Shown in pieces: positions 11,904 through 25,226 of a stretch of DNA of 64,000 bases; the first letter of the stretch is position 1; each line of letters starts with the position of its first letter. The notes beneath the pieces are model-generated. The model made no database searches and was not told where the DNA came from. It saw nothing but the letters and a program-made list of their open reading frames with translations. The stretch is from Patellaria atrata CBS 101060 (taxonomy: Eukaryota): contig MU006112.1 in the NCBI GenBank assembly GCA_010093705.1, positions 186,001 through 250,000 on the forward strand. The letters run 5' to 3'. The position numbers were made by a program, and so were the translations under genes.

Positions 11904-12635
11904 CTAACCCAAAGAAGGCGCCCGCAGATTTCCGTCGAACGTCTGAGAGAGTTCACTTTGCTAAGAGCGCAATTTAGTCGAGTTTAGACTGAAATAGCAA
12001 TGATTGATACCGTCTCATTAACGCAATACTGCAAAGCTTGGCAAAGTGAACTTCCTCAGATGTTCGACAAAATTATGCAAATGTCTCTTTTGGGCCTAGG
12101 GCATCGACGAGATGAGGTATGCAACGGTAGATGATTTTTCCATTTCAGATAATGTGACCCTCGATGTCCTGCTCATTTCTAATGGTGAACAACTCAGTCT
12201 GACACTCCAAGACAGTCCCAGTCCTTAGAAAATTGAACTCCCTCAGACGTTCAACGAAACTGTGCAGGTGTCTCTTTCGGGCTAGAGAGATAGATGCACC
12301 GACATTGAGAATACAAGAATACAGCCCATGTTTCAGGATCAGGCGAGATGGTAAAAAAAACCAAGCTTCAACCCGTTGCCCCTCACAACCACAAACGTTC
12401 GACGAAAATCCGTAGATGTCTCTTTCGGGTTAGAAAGCTAGGAACAAACGGCCTTGATGTTGCAAGAGCGTGGTGGGTAGTTTGCCTAGATTAGGCGATG
12501 GCAGCTCGTGCTTGGTGAAGACTCCGCGCGTTGCCCCCGGCAACGGATACCATCTGACACCTGGAGGCGTGGCTTGGCGAAGTGAACTTACGTAGATGTT
12601 CGATGAAGTTATGCAGGTCCCTATATTAGGTTTAG
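11904..12635. repeat. Array of degenerate ~60-bp repeats with unique spacers; first copy inverted
   Basis: Consensus about CTTRGCAAAGTGAACTYCCTCAGAYGTTCGACGAAANTNTGCAGRTGTCTCTTTYGGG at 11965-11904 (minus), 12037, 12224, ~12390 (partial) and 12573. Hand alignment of the inverted copy to the next two gives 43/58 and 45/58 identity. Confidence 0.85.
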
Positions 12636-12973
12636 CCTGGAAATACGTCTGGGAGGCATGAGGACGCGATGTGGTTGAAGGGACACTGCGGGAAAGCACC
12701 TTGAATCTTAATCACTCCCTCATTCTCACCTTATGGGATTCGCTCGAGTGGGAGGTTATAGCACGCCACAAGTTCTTTTCAAATGAATTTCAAAGTCTGA
12801 TTTCCCCTAACCTCAATATCTACAATAGTCCTTTCAGCTATACGAGAAGATATCACTCCCAAACGCCACCGCAATGCCATCATTACCCAAGTCCCATTTC
12901 ACGCTTCCTGAACGCCATGCTAACGTCCCTATCACACATCGCAAAAATCAAGCAACATCTAGATCGTTACCGC

Positions 12974-15314
12974 TCATCCCACAATCCCACTTCTCATATT
13001 CTCCACTGTCTTAAAACCCACCCCTCTCAACCCGCCCAACTCCTCTAAAGTCGTTACTCCGATCATTCCATTCCCATCCATTTCCACGAGACAATTCACA
13101 ATCGCTTCTGCTTTTTTCGCGCCTACGCCCTTTAGCAGCTTGATCTGCGCCAAGTCCCGTGTGTTGATGATACTCAGGATCTGCCTCGTACGTGGACTTT
13201 GTAGGTCAGGGTTTACAGATTCCTGTTGGGTGTCGCGAAAGACTTGCACTTTCGACTTGGTGGGTTTACGGGAGGACTTGGTGCGGAATTTAAAGCTGGC
13301 GTCAGATTGGTAGGCATCGTCTTCATCATCCTCATTTGGAGCTACGTATGAAGTATCTCTCTTATCGGGAGTTGGATCTTGATGGATTTTCTTCAGCTTT
13401 TTGGAGACTAGACTTGTTGCGATAGAGTGTTGCGGCGGTGGAATAGCGATCGGGACCGGTTTAACTGGGTCGGAAGCTCGCGTTGGGACGTAGGATACCG
13501 TTGAGATATATGAGAGGGCATTGTTATCACGTTTTAACCTGAGTTTCTCCTGTAGAGCGAGCATCTTCTGCGCGAGCTTTTCGTTCTCCGGGAAGTAGGG
13601 AAGGGCAAGTTGGTACATCTTGAGAGCACTGGATTCCTCACCACGAACCTGGTGCTGCTTTGCCATCAGGAGGTACTGCAAACCTTCAGCACGACTATCC
13701 TCTTTCTTTTCGATCCGCTGCTCGAGTGCGTGCAAGCGCTTCTGAAGATCTTCTGGTAATAAGGGTGCGGGTGCGGCATGTTCGTCCCTCAAAGCTTTTT
13801 CTGCTAATTTTTCCTCGATTCGTCGTTCGATCATTTCTTCAATACTGGCTTTTGACAATGTAGGCTCGTGGGCGGTTTTCCCAAATCTCGAAGTTTCGCT
13901 TGGTCGGACAACCTTAGTAGGTCTACTAGAGAGAGCAGTCGTAGTATCTCGTGCTCGTTTTCCGGGACTGGATCTCCGTGCTACCGTGGTGATTGATGGT
14001 CTTACTTGCTTGCTCTTGTCTGAGTATACTGAGAATGCTTTGACCGGCTTGTCAACTTTCTTATCTTGATCTAGGAGATTAACATTCATCGACGCTGCTA
14101 GTGGCTTCAGAGGTTGTCTTTGAATGTTCCCACCCATAATACTGGCCGTTGTCCGTGTTGGTGCTGCGGTCTTGAATATTGGCTCATTTTCAATCTCGTT
14201 AACCTCGATCTTCCTGGTCCTATTCGCAAAGTTTAAGGAGCTGAGTGTGTCCTGGTGATATGATCGGACGGGCGCAAGATTGAGTATCATTACTGTTAGT
14301 CCATTGTTCTGGCCGAGGGATAATATGCGGGTCATTTTTGATTCTCTGTAGGGTATGCGCGACTGCTTCTTGCTAATTGCCTCGACACACTGTGCTAGAA
14401 CAAACAATGACTTGTTAATCGCCGAGGATTCTACAAGTCTCTCCTTGTTATTATCCGTTCTACGGTTGTCCTCAGACCCTGCTAAGTCAATGGCGGATGC
14501 GTAACTGATGCGCGTTTGAGTCTCCGTGGTCTGGGTGATCTTAACACATAGGATAGCATGTGATCGGGATGAGTGTGCGTTTAACTGTAAACCCGGATAT
14601 CAGTGGTATGTCACCTTCCATCCAGTTTGTAACCCTACCTTAGTTGCAGATGTCGACCTGTTTACGTTCGCCTCATCATACAGTTTCTCAAACTCTTTCA
14701 GAGTAGTACATGGCCGTTCTGTCAATCCTACAACAACAGTTTTGCCGTTGTTATCTCTTATGGGTAATCCAGCAGGGGTTCGCTTCTCAGGTGCCTCAAA
14801 CAGATCATACACACGGTCATTATAGATCTCGTAGTAGCTCATTGCAACTTCTACTCCGGTTGCACCTGCAGAATCTTTTTCTATCTTCCTGCATCTTCGA
14901 TATATGCTGCTCAGTAATCGGGGGATGACACCCCTTTCCTGTAAAGATTTCCCACCGCGCATTGTGTGTGTTTTCCCAGTCCCTGTAACGCCGTATGCAA
15001 ATAGAGTAACGTCGAAGCCATTGAACAAGTGTTTGACCGTAGGAGCAACTATCCGACTGTCAATTGGGCTGGCTTAGGTACTATACTACATCCATACCTT
15101 CGTGATCAAAGATCTCTTGTTGCGTCGCATTTTGATCGTACACACTGTTGAATTGGAAGCTGTAAGATTCCGCTTCATTCTTCGGATTCGGTATGCGAAC
15201 GATCGTTGGACTGCCGGGAGTTTCCTTGCCAATTGAATCCGATGTAACTATAACATCTTTGTCGAGTTCGAGCTTTAACAGGGGACGTATACGGGCGACA
15301 ACGCGAACACTCAT
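12974..15314 (-). CDS. Kinesin-10 (Kid/KIF22-like) motor with C-terminal helix-hairpin-helix DNA-binding domain, 3 exons (15314-15098, 15048-14639, 14584-12974)
   Basis: MSVRVVARIRP start, P-loop FAYGVTGTGKTHTM, YYEIYND, NAHSSRSH, IDLAGSE, IPYRESKMTRIL; C-terminal LKGVGAKKAEAIV and LRGVGFKTVENM HhH motifs. Confidence 0.93.
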
Positions 15315-15840
15315 GTTGATATAGGGTACTGGCCGACAGTTATGATAGGAAGAAATAATAGTCTCAAAGGGTCGGCCAGTATTGTAATGGAGCAGCACTG
15401 TCAAAGTACTTTGGTACTTCTGTAAGGTACTGTGTAGAAGTTTTTGCAGGGTTGGAGCTTTGGGCACTGTTTAGCGTACGTTGGGTTGGCAGAGCAACAA
15501 CCGCTGATCGGCCCGACCACCGCCATAATCCGAGATCTTGGCATGAAAATGCCCTTGATGTTTTCTTTCAAAGGGTGTGGATTTTTTCGTTCATTTGCTT
15601 CACGACGGGAAGAAGGAGAATTCGATATTATTATCTATAATCTCCATAAAAAAATCTCGTAGATGTATTTGCGACATAAATTTTTGGTCCAGTTTTCTAC
15701 TTTGTGAAATGCGGAGGACGTGAACGAAAGTCGCGTTGCGCTAACCGTATCTGTAAGCTTTCCATCTAGATTCTTCACCCGACCGACATTGATCGAAAAG
15801 TCTTCACGATTTCACAGCGGTTGTATATTGACCGTGTCGT

Positions 15841-16260
15841 ACGCGTTTCTGTTGTTTTTCCAGTCATATTCTTTGAGATTCACTTATCATCTGATCTACC
15901 AGCGATAGTTCATCATCTCGACGTTAGCGATATTTTCATCAAGACTCGGCATTCTATATTATAGCTTTGATAACTTCGCCTAATCGTGAACATGATATCC
16001 TCGATAGAACTCACGCGTCTTTCCGTGCCGTACTGACTCTCATCTTTTTTATTCGATATAGTTCTATGGACTATTTATCGAGGACATGAAGTGGAAATGC
16101 GACTGGCTTTCCATCTTAGTATCGACGCTGGACTGAATGCTAGGCCTACTTTGGAATAACAGTTCGCATGAAGCGTAGACCGATGATCCGGCAATTGTAT
16201 TATGCAAGGCATCGCCGTCCAATATTGTTTGGCCAAAACGACTTTGGACGCGTCGCGAAA
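15841..16260. promoter_or_regulatory. Cluster of MCB-like (ACGCGT) and SCB-like (CGCGAAA) cell-cycle elements upstream of the kinesin-10 gene
   Basis: ACGCGT at 15841, 16013 and 16248, the last followed directly by CGCGAAA (16254-16260). Function is inferred only. Confidence 0.35.
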
Positions 16261-16804
16261 AGTTGAGGCTCTTACAAGACTTTGATGGTGTTTCAAGTTT
16301 TAGCCAATCAGCATACAGAAGTATCCTCATACACGCTTTCGATGAAATCGAACCGCCAGGCCATGTCAAGGCTTCGTTTCATGTCCGGCCTCAACATGCT
16401 CTGAAAACTTTTCGGATATACGATTTCATTTAGTATGGTCCCTAGAGTCATCTCGAACGATCTCCCTCAACCAGTGCGTTTATTGATGCTATTTTCGTGT
16501 AAAACAGCGCCTAGGTGTGCCACCTCAAATACAGACGAACACCATGAATGAAAACTTTACGATATCTGACTCCCATTGCGTGCATTCTCGTTTCCTCAGT
16601 TTACGGTTTGTAGCGTTCTTTTCTTTTGTTCTCTCTCTTTAGGTCTCTTTCTGTCAAACAATTTCCCTTTAATCTTTTCCTTTTCCTCTTTCTACAAAGA
16701 GATCCATAGACTTTCATTCTCCAGCGGCGTGTTGACGCGCTTGCTCGAGCCCTCAATATCTTTAATCGTTCTACTCTCCTTTATCTTTAGGAAGTTTAAT
16801 TAAT

Positions 16805-18384
16805 ATGCATCTTTCATTTGCAACCATGCTGCTGGCAGCGCACCTATCCCCAATCATGGCCGGCCCGGTGCCGGTACGGGTTCCTCGTCAATTGTAAGAT
16901 ATCCATATCTACCTACAAGTCAAGCACGATCTCACATATGTAGCTATCCTATCTTCTTTAATGAATCAACAATCGCACTGCCCGAATCGGAAACGACCAG
17001 CGCAGTTTCTACTACAGAGACACTCTTGGAGACAACTACTACACTCGCCACAGAGATACTGTCAGAGATAACCACAGCGGCTCAGACCGAAACATTCACT
17101 GAGACGCCAGCATCAGCTGAGCAGGCAACTGGTACTGCTATCGATATCATTCCGCTTGAGCCAACGGTCATCTTAAGTACAAAATCACCTATAACCTTTG
17201 AGGATCCCCAAGGAAATCCAGTAGGAACAGTACCGGGATCCGTCGTCTCCTTAACCGAATATATTACTCAAACTCCTCCTGCTCCGACGTCTGCACCTGC
17301 TCCAACCACGGAGGAGAGTGATTCATACACCACTTATACACCTGTGCCTGAGTCAACGTATGATGCTGCTGCAAGCTCCGTCATTCCATCTTCTAGTAAC
17401 CTTAATGGGGTTACCAGTGACTCTCCAACCCAGTCAACTGGCGCTTCCTTCTCTTTCGATCCCGAACCAACACCAACACCGCGAACTATGACGGATTTCT
17501 TCTCTGGTGCACCGGAGGAGACTACTGCGGAAACACCTATTGAAACACCTATCCCGACTTCTGCGGAGTTGCCCGCATCATCATTCGAAGAACCAACAAT
17601 TCCCGCGACTACAGAGCCCGTCATATCTTCCCCTCTTCCCGAGAGCTCTTCTACTCCTGCCGAAGCCGCGCCATCAACTCCTGTAGAGACATTCGCAACC
17701 TTCCCCGCAGACTCAGCCATCGCACCAACCACCGAAATCCCAGTACCAACGAGCGCGCTAGAAGCCCCACCTTCTGACTCAAGCGTCGAAGCTCCCTTGC
17801 CAACTGCCGCACTGTCCTCTCTTCCTCTGCCCAGTATCATCATCGTCTCCTCGACGGTGTTCCAGACGCAAACAGTCTACTCCGAATTACCGTCTGAAGC
17901 TCCCTCATCCTTGGCTTCAGACGTCCCGTCCGTGCGCACATCATCAGCTGTCGACTCCGAAGTCCCAACAAGTCCTCTAGGTGTGGTCTACCTGACGACA
18001 ACAATGTACACAACAGTCACACCGATCGCAGACTCAGAGCCAGCACCCACGTCTGCGCCGGTACAATCGCCCGCTCCCTCACCGGAGCTATCGGCATCCC
18101 CAGAACCCTCGCAATCAGCATCGCCGGAACCAGCTCCAGAGCAATCACCACCAGCTTCCGCATCCCCGGAGCCGGCACCCGAACAACCTACGCCCTCGAC
18201 CCCGCTCGCCACCGTCCCCGTCTCCGCGCCGGTGGAAGAGCCGACGCCGACTTCGGATGTCCCCGGTATCACTATCGTCCCGATCGATCCGGATGAGCGG
18301 ACCGTCACCGTTACGATTACGGAAATGGTGCCAGAGGCTACGGCTACGGTTACCGAGAGGGTTACTGTCACTGTTAGGGCTTAG
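16805..18384 (+). CDS. Secreted Ser/Thr/Pro-rich mucin-like protein, 2 exons (16805-16893, 16944-18384)
   Basis: Signal-peptide-like MHLSFATMLLAAHLSPIMAGPVP; GTAAGA..TAG intron joins in frame with ORF 17026; S/T/P/E-rich body with SASPEP repeats and a terminal TVTVT motif; no obvious GPI tail. Confidence 0.8.
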
Positions 18385-19794
18385 AAGATGATATAGGAGG
18401 GGGGAAGTAGGAAGGAGGGGATTTTCGCTTCGTGGGTGGGCTTTTGCTTGATAGATAGTTGGATTTTTAATACCCCTTTTGTTGATTCGTGTTGGTTCGT
18501 TTTGTGAGGTACGTGGTCAAATAGATAAAGAATTGACTCTATCTTTCGCTGTGGTTGGGTTGGTGCGGATATCGTGAATCTGGAGTGACTGGTTAATGTT
18601 GTGGACGATCTTGGATCGGGTAAGGGAGGTATTTGTTTGATTCTGTTCCTTACAGGACTCATGGGGATTGTATAGCTGGTTCCTATACATCGCATACACG
18701 GCTAATAATCGTCGAGAACGGATGAGGTACAAGGGAATAAATCATCACTTGTCTATATGTACTAGGGACGGGGGGATATCAGATAGCCCAACACATCCGC
18801 CGACGATACAAACCCCAAGAATGCAGAGCGTAGGAGTCACGTGTGAAAGAGATGGTCAGGGGAGTTTCGTTTCGGTTACGCGGGTTCTTTTGCGTGGAGT
18901 CCTGGGGAGAGTGGAGGTGCGGAGGAGGGTATATCGAGGGAGAAAATCTTCTGGGAGTGTAATTAGCTTGGGGAGTAGAGGTGTGCAAGGCGAAAAGGGG
19001 GTATAGATGTGTAAACCTAGTAGACATAATCAAAAAGCCTCAATAATCACAAAGATAAACGGGAGGAGCAAGGGCGAGGATTAGGATCAAGACCAACTTC
19101 AATTACGCAATCATCTCATCAAATATATCACAAGAACTCAAAACTAACGAGTTAAACAGCCCCAAGAAACCTCAAACGGAGCAGGGAGAAGTGAACAGCA
19201 AGCATCAAAAAGCATTCGATTAAAACAAACCTCAAGAAGAAAACCTCCCCTGGTATCTCAATCTAGTTACCCACGCTTAGAGCCGCTGAAAGAGCCGCTC
19301 CCAGACTTCCAACTCTTCTATCGCCATCCAGAATGTGCTTCGTAATTGCCGTCCAGCGCCGTACTGAAAAATAACAAAGAGAACATGCATTGCGTTGCGG
19401 TGCGTAACTTCATCGATGAAATCATTACTGATATGCAAGATATACCACCGTCACAGCATAACATCACGGAATATCGGAAATCCGTTTCGTCCTACTGGGT
19501 ATCATAGCGAAACGGACGCGAATTGAGAACTAAGGAAAGATGTCCGCGTACTTGGAATAATGGAAAGAAATAAAAATAAATGAATCGTAAAAAGTGAAGA
19601 GCCATGAGGGCGTCAAATCGTACATCGGCGTGATCGTGAGATAGGTGGCTGATTGATGGTGGGTTCGATGAGACCGGATCTGAGAGTTCGAAGTGCGTGT
19701 CCGATTTCCGTTGTCGTATTTGTAGTACAGCTCTATGAAATATCGTAGGTGTATTCTAATGAATACTGCTAAATTCATATAGCACATCATTTCC

Positions 19795-22100
19795 TTACCC
19801 TCTCGAATGCACAGCCTGATCTTCCCTAGTAGCAACAGCCACGAGAGCATCCAGTCTTGTCGTGTCACTCACTGATGCGGGAGGCGGCGGTCGTGATGGA
19901 AAATTATTTGCGAAGCTGCTCTGGCGGGGTGGAAATGTGAAGTTTGTCATAGGCTGGTAAGCTTGAAGCGGAACAGAGTGTTCATGGGCCGATGGTCGCC
20001 TGGAATGAGGGGTTGCAATCTTATGGCTGTAATCAGCAGGCACGGTATGCGAGTGCTGCGTGTGACCCTCAACATCCCCATTACTATGAACGATAGCAGG
20101 GTTAAAATGATCATGAATGGTTCCGGACGGAGTAGGGACGCCCTCGCTGCTACCCGAATCATCTGGTGACGTCCGCTGAATACCGTACCCCTGATGGCTT
20201 GCTTGCTGGAATTGAGGTTGCGTAGGAAGAGGACCATTGTACCAGGCTTGGCGTTTATTCTTACGAGGTGTGACTGGTGGCGGTTGGGAGTGATGAGAAC
20301 CTTCTGGCCGTTGAGTCTGGATAGGTGGTGGGGGAGCATTTATGAGGTTTTGAACCGGTTGAACTGGTTGAAGGCCGGATGTAGGGTGTGTGCTAGAATA
20401 GGAAGGATGTTGTGCTTGCATGGAGACCTGTTGTGGTGACGCATTCCCTTGGGGTTCCTTCGTAAGGTCTAACCTTACCAATCCTCTATTCAATGAATTA
20501 TCCCATGATACCCTATTATTGCGATAATCGGGAGCAGGAGGAGGTTGGATGCTTGATTGAAGTGTAACCGGTCGACTTTGCTGATCGACTTGCATTGGAC
20601 TAGGTTGCCGAGGTTGTAGGACAGTTGGTGGTGGAGCATGGTCGAAAGACTCGATACCTGGGAGGCGAGTTACCTGGGATGCAGCGGGTTGATTGGAAAA
20701 GGATGGTCTCGGAGCGTCTACAGTCTGTTGATAACTAAGACCACTTGTAGCTGGTCGTGGGCCTATATTGGTGTAGGTTCCAGGGTGCCAGGTGCGTCTT
20801 CTCCAGTCCGAATCCAATCCTGTGGAATCGCGACGTCCTTCGGAGAATACAGAGCTAGTAGGACTTGCAAAACCACTTCCACTGGGCGAAAATGTCGAGG
20901 ATGTGGAAGATGGTAATGGACTCATGAACGGTTGTGAGTAAGTGTTACCTGATTGGGGTGACTGGAACGGATTGGCACCGGAAGGTACAGACAGTCTACG
21001 TCCAGGAGTCCTGCTTCCCCACGGCATGGTCATTGGAGAACCTAACGTAGCTGGAAATCTTGGACTTCCTGGACCCGTTGAGAAAGTGGCAGATGTGGGC
21101 GTACTAAACCCACCTGGTGATTGATTGCCATATGTAGGATACGCACCACTTGAATTTCCAGGGTTGCGAGCATTGTATGTGTCTATACTCAATCCTGCTC
21201 TTGCTGTTCCGTCGTTCGCCATTGCCAGAGGTGGTGGACGACGTCGATTGTCCACGGGTTGGCTCATAGTGCTCACAGTGCTCATAGTCGAAGCAGTTGA
21301 AGCGATACTAGAAGTTGAAAGATTCCTGCTGTGGCCACGACTATGACCACCTTGACTGCTTATCGTGGATGCTCTGGAGCGCCCACTCGGGGGACGTACC
21401 CGATCCGTCCTTATCTGCCTTTGAAATCTAGTACCTGTAGCGGCTAGAGAATCTCCGGGTATATCCTCGTTGACGTGAACAGTCTGCGCATGTTGTCTCA
21501 GATTGTCAAGGCGCGAAAATCGTCGAGAGCAATGACACTGGAACGGACGTTCGCCCGTGTGTTTGCTAATTTATCATTAGCTCATAGAAATGCAGGTTCG
21601 AGATGTCTAACATACCGTATGTGTCTTGCTAAATGCTCACTCCTTGTGAAACTCAACGTGCATGGAGGGAAATCGGTACAGAAGAATCTTTGCCCCTTTT
21701 TCTTCTTTGCTGGTCTTGACTCACTCGAGACACTATCATTGTCAGAACCATCCTGACCCTCTTCCTCATCTTCCATATCGATGTCCTGAGAGTCTACAGA
21801 TTGGGTCGAACGATGCGAATTGCCCCTCGTCACACTAGCCCGACTACTGGGTGTCTGAATCTTATCCTGCGCTGGTGTAACCGGCGAGCCTGGCAACGGC
21901 AGCTGACCAGTTACTCCCCCGAAGCTTTCTCTTGTCGGTGTTTTAACGCCGGATTCTTCACCACGTGGTTCCGCTGTGGTGCGTTCAGGCGGGAAGAATG
22001 TGCCCGGCCGGGGCGTAGTCGGCGTGGTATCCTCACCCATCCGAGCAGGCGATGGCTCTGGCACGGTGAGGGTGGTATTGACAGCTCGAAAGGACGACAT
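19795..22100 (-). CDS. dvrA: C2H2 zinc-finger transcription factor, Usv1/Bcr1/DvrA family, 2 exons (22100-21616, 21565-19795)
   Basis: [55 protein letters not shown] across a 50-nt intron; RRRTWHP motif; C-terminal RLDALVAVA. Confidence 0.85.
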
Positions 22101-25100
22101 GATGGGGCTAAGGCAGTGGAAGTGAGGCCCTGCAGATTGCGATGACCTGGTGCGGCCCGATGCCTGGTGTGGTGGGAGGTTATCGACTATGGCAATATGG
22201 AGCGATAACTGTGACGCAAAATGCTCGGTGTATTTCGAAGGCGCAATATAGATTGCCTTCGGTATAGCCGGTATGAAGATCTGGAGGGTAGAGAGAGCTC
22301 AGAAGATGGTGCGGGGTTCCTGAAGGCTTCGCAGAGGATGAGCAATCGACCTGGAGTAAGAGATGAGGCTGAAACTCAGGATGCGCGGAGGGACTGGAAG
22401 GGGCCGGCTTGAATGAAGACATCAACTAAGTGTTAGGCATATGCTAAGTTAGATCGTAAGCGTCAAGAGTACCGGGAATAAAGATGTTGTTTAGGTCGTC
22501 TCTTCGTTAAATCATAAAACGTATGCAATACTCGGTACATGCAGTGAATCTGCTTGTGGACGAGTTGGTATGATAGAAGAAGAAGATAAAGAGGAGGAGA
22601 ATGGTTCGGAAATGGATGAAGTCGACAGTCGTCACTGGATTATCGCAGCCAGTAGAACTAAACAGTATGGCAGGCTTGGGGACACCTTTTGGGGACTTTG
22701 GACCACTGAGAGCAAAGGGGCGGCGCTGTTTGGTGAGGTAGAGAGGATGAAACCCCCGCCACCTCGAGGCAGATCACAACGCCGAAGCTGCAAACTGCAA
22801 ACTGCAAATGCAAGCAGGCACGAGCAAGGCAGGTATCGAATCGTAGACCGACGTTCACAGGGTAGCAAGTCCAAGCGTTTTCCAGTAAACGCGTGGGTGA
22901 GTAACAGCTCGGTTTGAGATCTCCAGGCACCGTAGGAGAACGCAGTCAAAACGAAGAGAGAGGGGAAATGGGGGGAACCGTGAGGATGGGACGAAAAGAG
23001 AAGAGTAAGTGGAGGTGAAGGCTGTCAGCAACTCAATCAAAAGTCCTGAACTGGTGATGATGATGAAGGAATGTGAAAGCGGGAAAAGGGCCATGCGAGG
23101 GGTAGGGAGGAGGGGGGTTCAATGGGTAAGGTGTGGTTAGGGTAAGGTAAAGTACCAATACTAGGCAGGTATGTGTGCCTAGGTGCTCTCCTTTAGATCC
23201 AAACGGGGGATCGCAGGACCAAGCAACCAGCAGGAGCAGGTAATTATATCGGGCCTGCAGATCTGTGTCGCAATTATCGTTTACTGGCTATCGCGGCTGG
23301 CGTCTTAGTTCTATTCTAGCCTTGCTTGAGGGGTGAAGAAGCGCCAGTCTTTCAAAATCTCCAAGCCCACCGTCAATGTCTGTAATACCAATCTGTAGAA
23401 CTATATAGAGATGTTGGAGGGGTACGGCTGAAGCCGTTAGAGGAGAACAGAATTGCTCCGACTTCTGTGACTGTTACTGGAGCGTGAGACGGAGAATAGC
23501 GCGGACTCTCGAAGCCCAACAGCTGCAATGTCGAAGTGGATGGGATGAAGATGCTTGCTCAAAGAAATATATTCCGCGAGATTCATCACCACCTGTGGCA
23601 TTGCACCCTCTGCAAAAGCAGTTGCAGGGACCGGGCATGGGCAAATCCACAACAGACGCCTACATACCATCATCTTGAGGCGTTGCTGTAAGCATCAAAA
23701 TGGCACCAGAGGCGCCTGAAAAAGGACACCTGGGGAGCTCCCCGCCATGACTCCTTGCTTCCATACCAAGGTGGAGGTTTCAGGCCCTGGTTGGTGTGGT
23801 GTACGGATACATATCTCTTGTTGATAAACGATAAGTCTACCATGATGTCTAGTATGATTCAAGACCTGAGGTAGTATCAAACGTCTGGTGATCTCCCCAG
23901 CTTATATTATATATACCGTAGAGAGTAGTTGAAAGAGAAGGCGGCAAAAGTCCGTATGGAATTCCATAATACGCCTCTCAGGCCACTTCCGCCATGCTCT
24001 CCAGAAACAGAGACGGGGGAAGCGGCATATTCGAGAGAAAAGAAAGCAAAATCAAACGACCAGTGACAGGAACTAGTTATCGAATCTGTGGCATCATCGG
24101 CTTTAGAGGTCATCAGCAGGAACGCCTATTACCAGATCAGTGACCGCCTTTACGACTTGCGCAAGACTGGCGCGGTCTGCGCCAGGCCAAAATGCGACTT
24201 GGGACAGGGCAACGATTGGTAAAGCGGGCATAGACGGCGTGACATGCATAGACTTTGAAAATGGTGCAAGCATTCAAACATGGTATCCTGCAAGGGGTCT
24301 CGCTCACTACCCATCTAAACGCTGACGAGGGGTAGACTAACGATAAAGTCGATGAAGACTTGTACCTTTCTAACCTTTGTACAGCTACTTTGTACCTTGC
24401 CGTAGCGAGATAGTCTAGGCGCCTGTCATGTGAAAGATCGTATAGACCGCCATGGGATACGGTATGTGCGAATATTCAGATGTGCTCAGGAAATGTCCGG
24501 GAGAAACTAAATCTGGACACGAGCCAGTCATCGACAAGTAGAAGTAATAAAAGTATTTGATATTGCTTGAGTTCTGCTGGTACCCGACGTCAGTTATATG
24601 TATAAGTTCTTTTCCTACACACCTACAACGGTATTATCTCCACTTCCGCTGAACGTATGATTGATGGAGGTCTTTCTTTTTCTCCCGAGCGGAGTTCGGC
24701 ATTTCGCATGGCCAGATACGATATGCTATGCGCTTAAAGGATCAATATTCCGGTGAAATCTTGCAGTGTCAATAGATACTACTTTCTGCAGGTGATAAAC
24801 TCTCTGTTCGTACTTTCATGTACGATTGTTAGGACCTGTGCAACTGTTACAAAGTAGGTTGGGTGTTAGATTAGAAAAACCTGCCTCATGCACCTCAGTG
24901 ATCTACCGCTTTCGGGAGAAATGTTATAAAACCGACGATATCCGCTCTTGCATCCTTATAGAAACTGCGAAAAAGCATGCTTTACATTAATATGAAGATG
25001 CTCAAGTCGCACCATCAAAAAGATTTGGCTGGTTCAACAATGTCGTATACCTCCATGGTTACTTGATGAAATATGCTTTTACGCTGTTGTCATTTGTACT

Positions 25101-25226
25101 ACTTAGCAATCAATCAGACATCTTTCGCCGCCGACGCTCTGTGCATGCAAAAATTGATAGCGACAACGTTGGCCGCTGATACATAATACCACACTCGATT
25201 CTAAACTCCAAAAGCAGCTGCACTTT

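Noticed and set aside
11904..12635. CRISPR array or hammerhead ribozyme array
   Set aside because: Eukaryotic context, no cas genes, and the repeats are long, degenerate and irregularly spaced. CTGA and GAAA words occur but do not give the CUGANGA core with three stems.
17334..18371. Long antisense ORFs over the mucin-like, alg9, naf1 and Zn-cluster genes
   Set aside because: Shadows of biased codon usage in GC-rich or low-complexity coding sequence.
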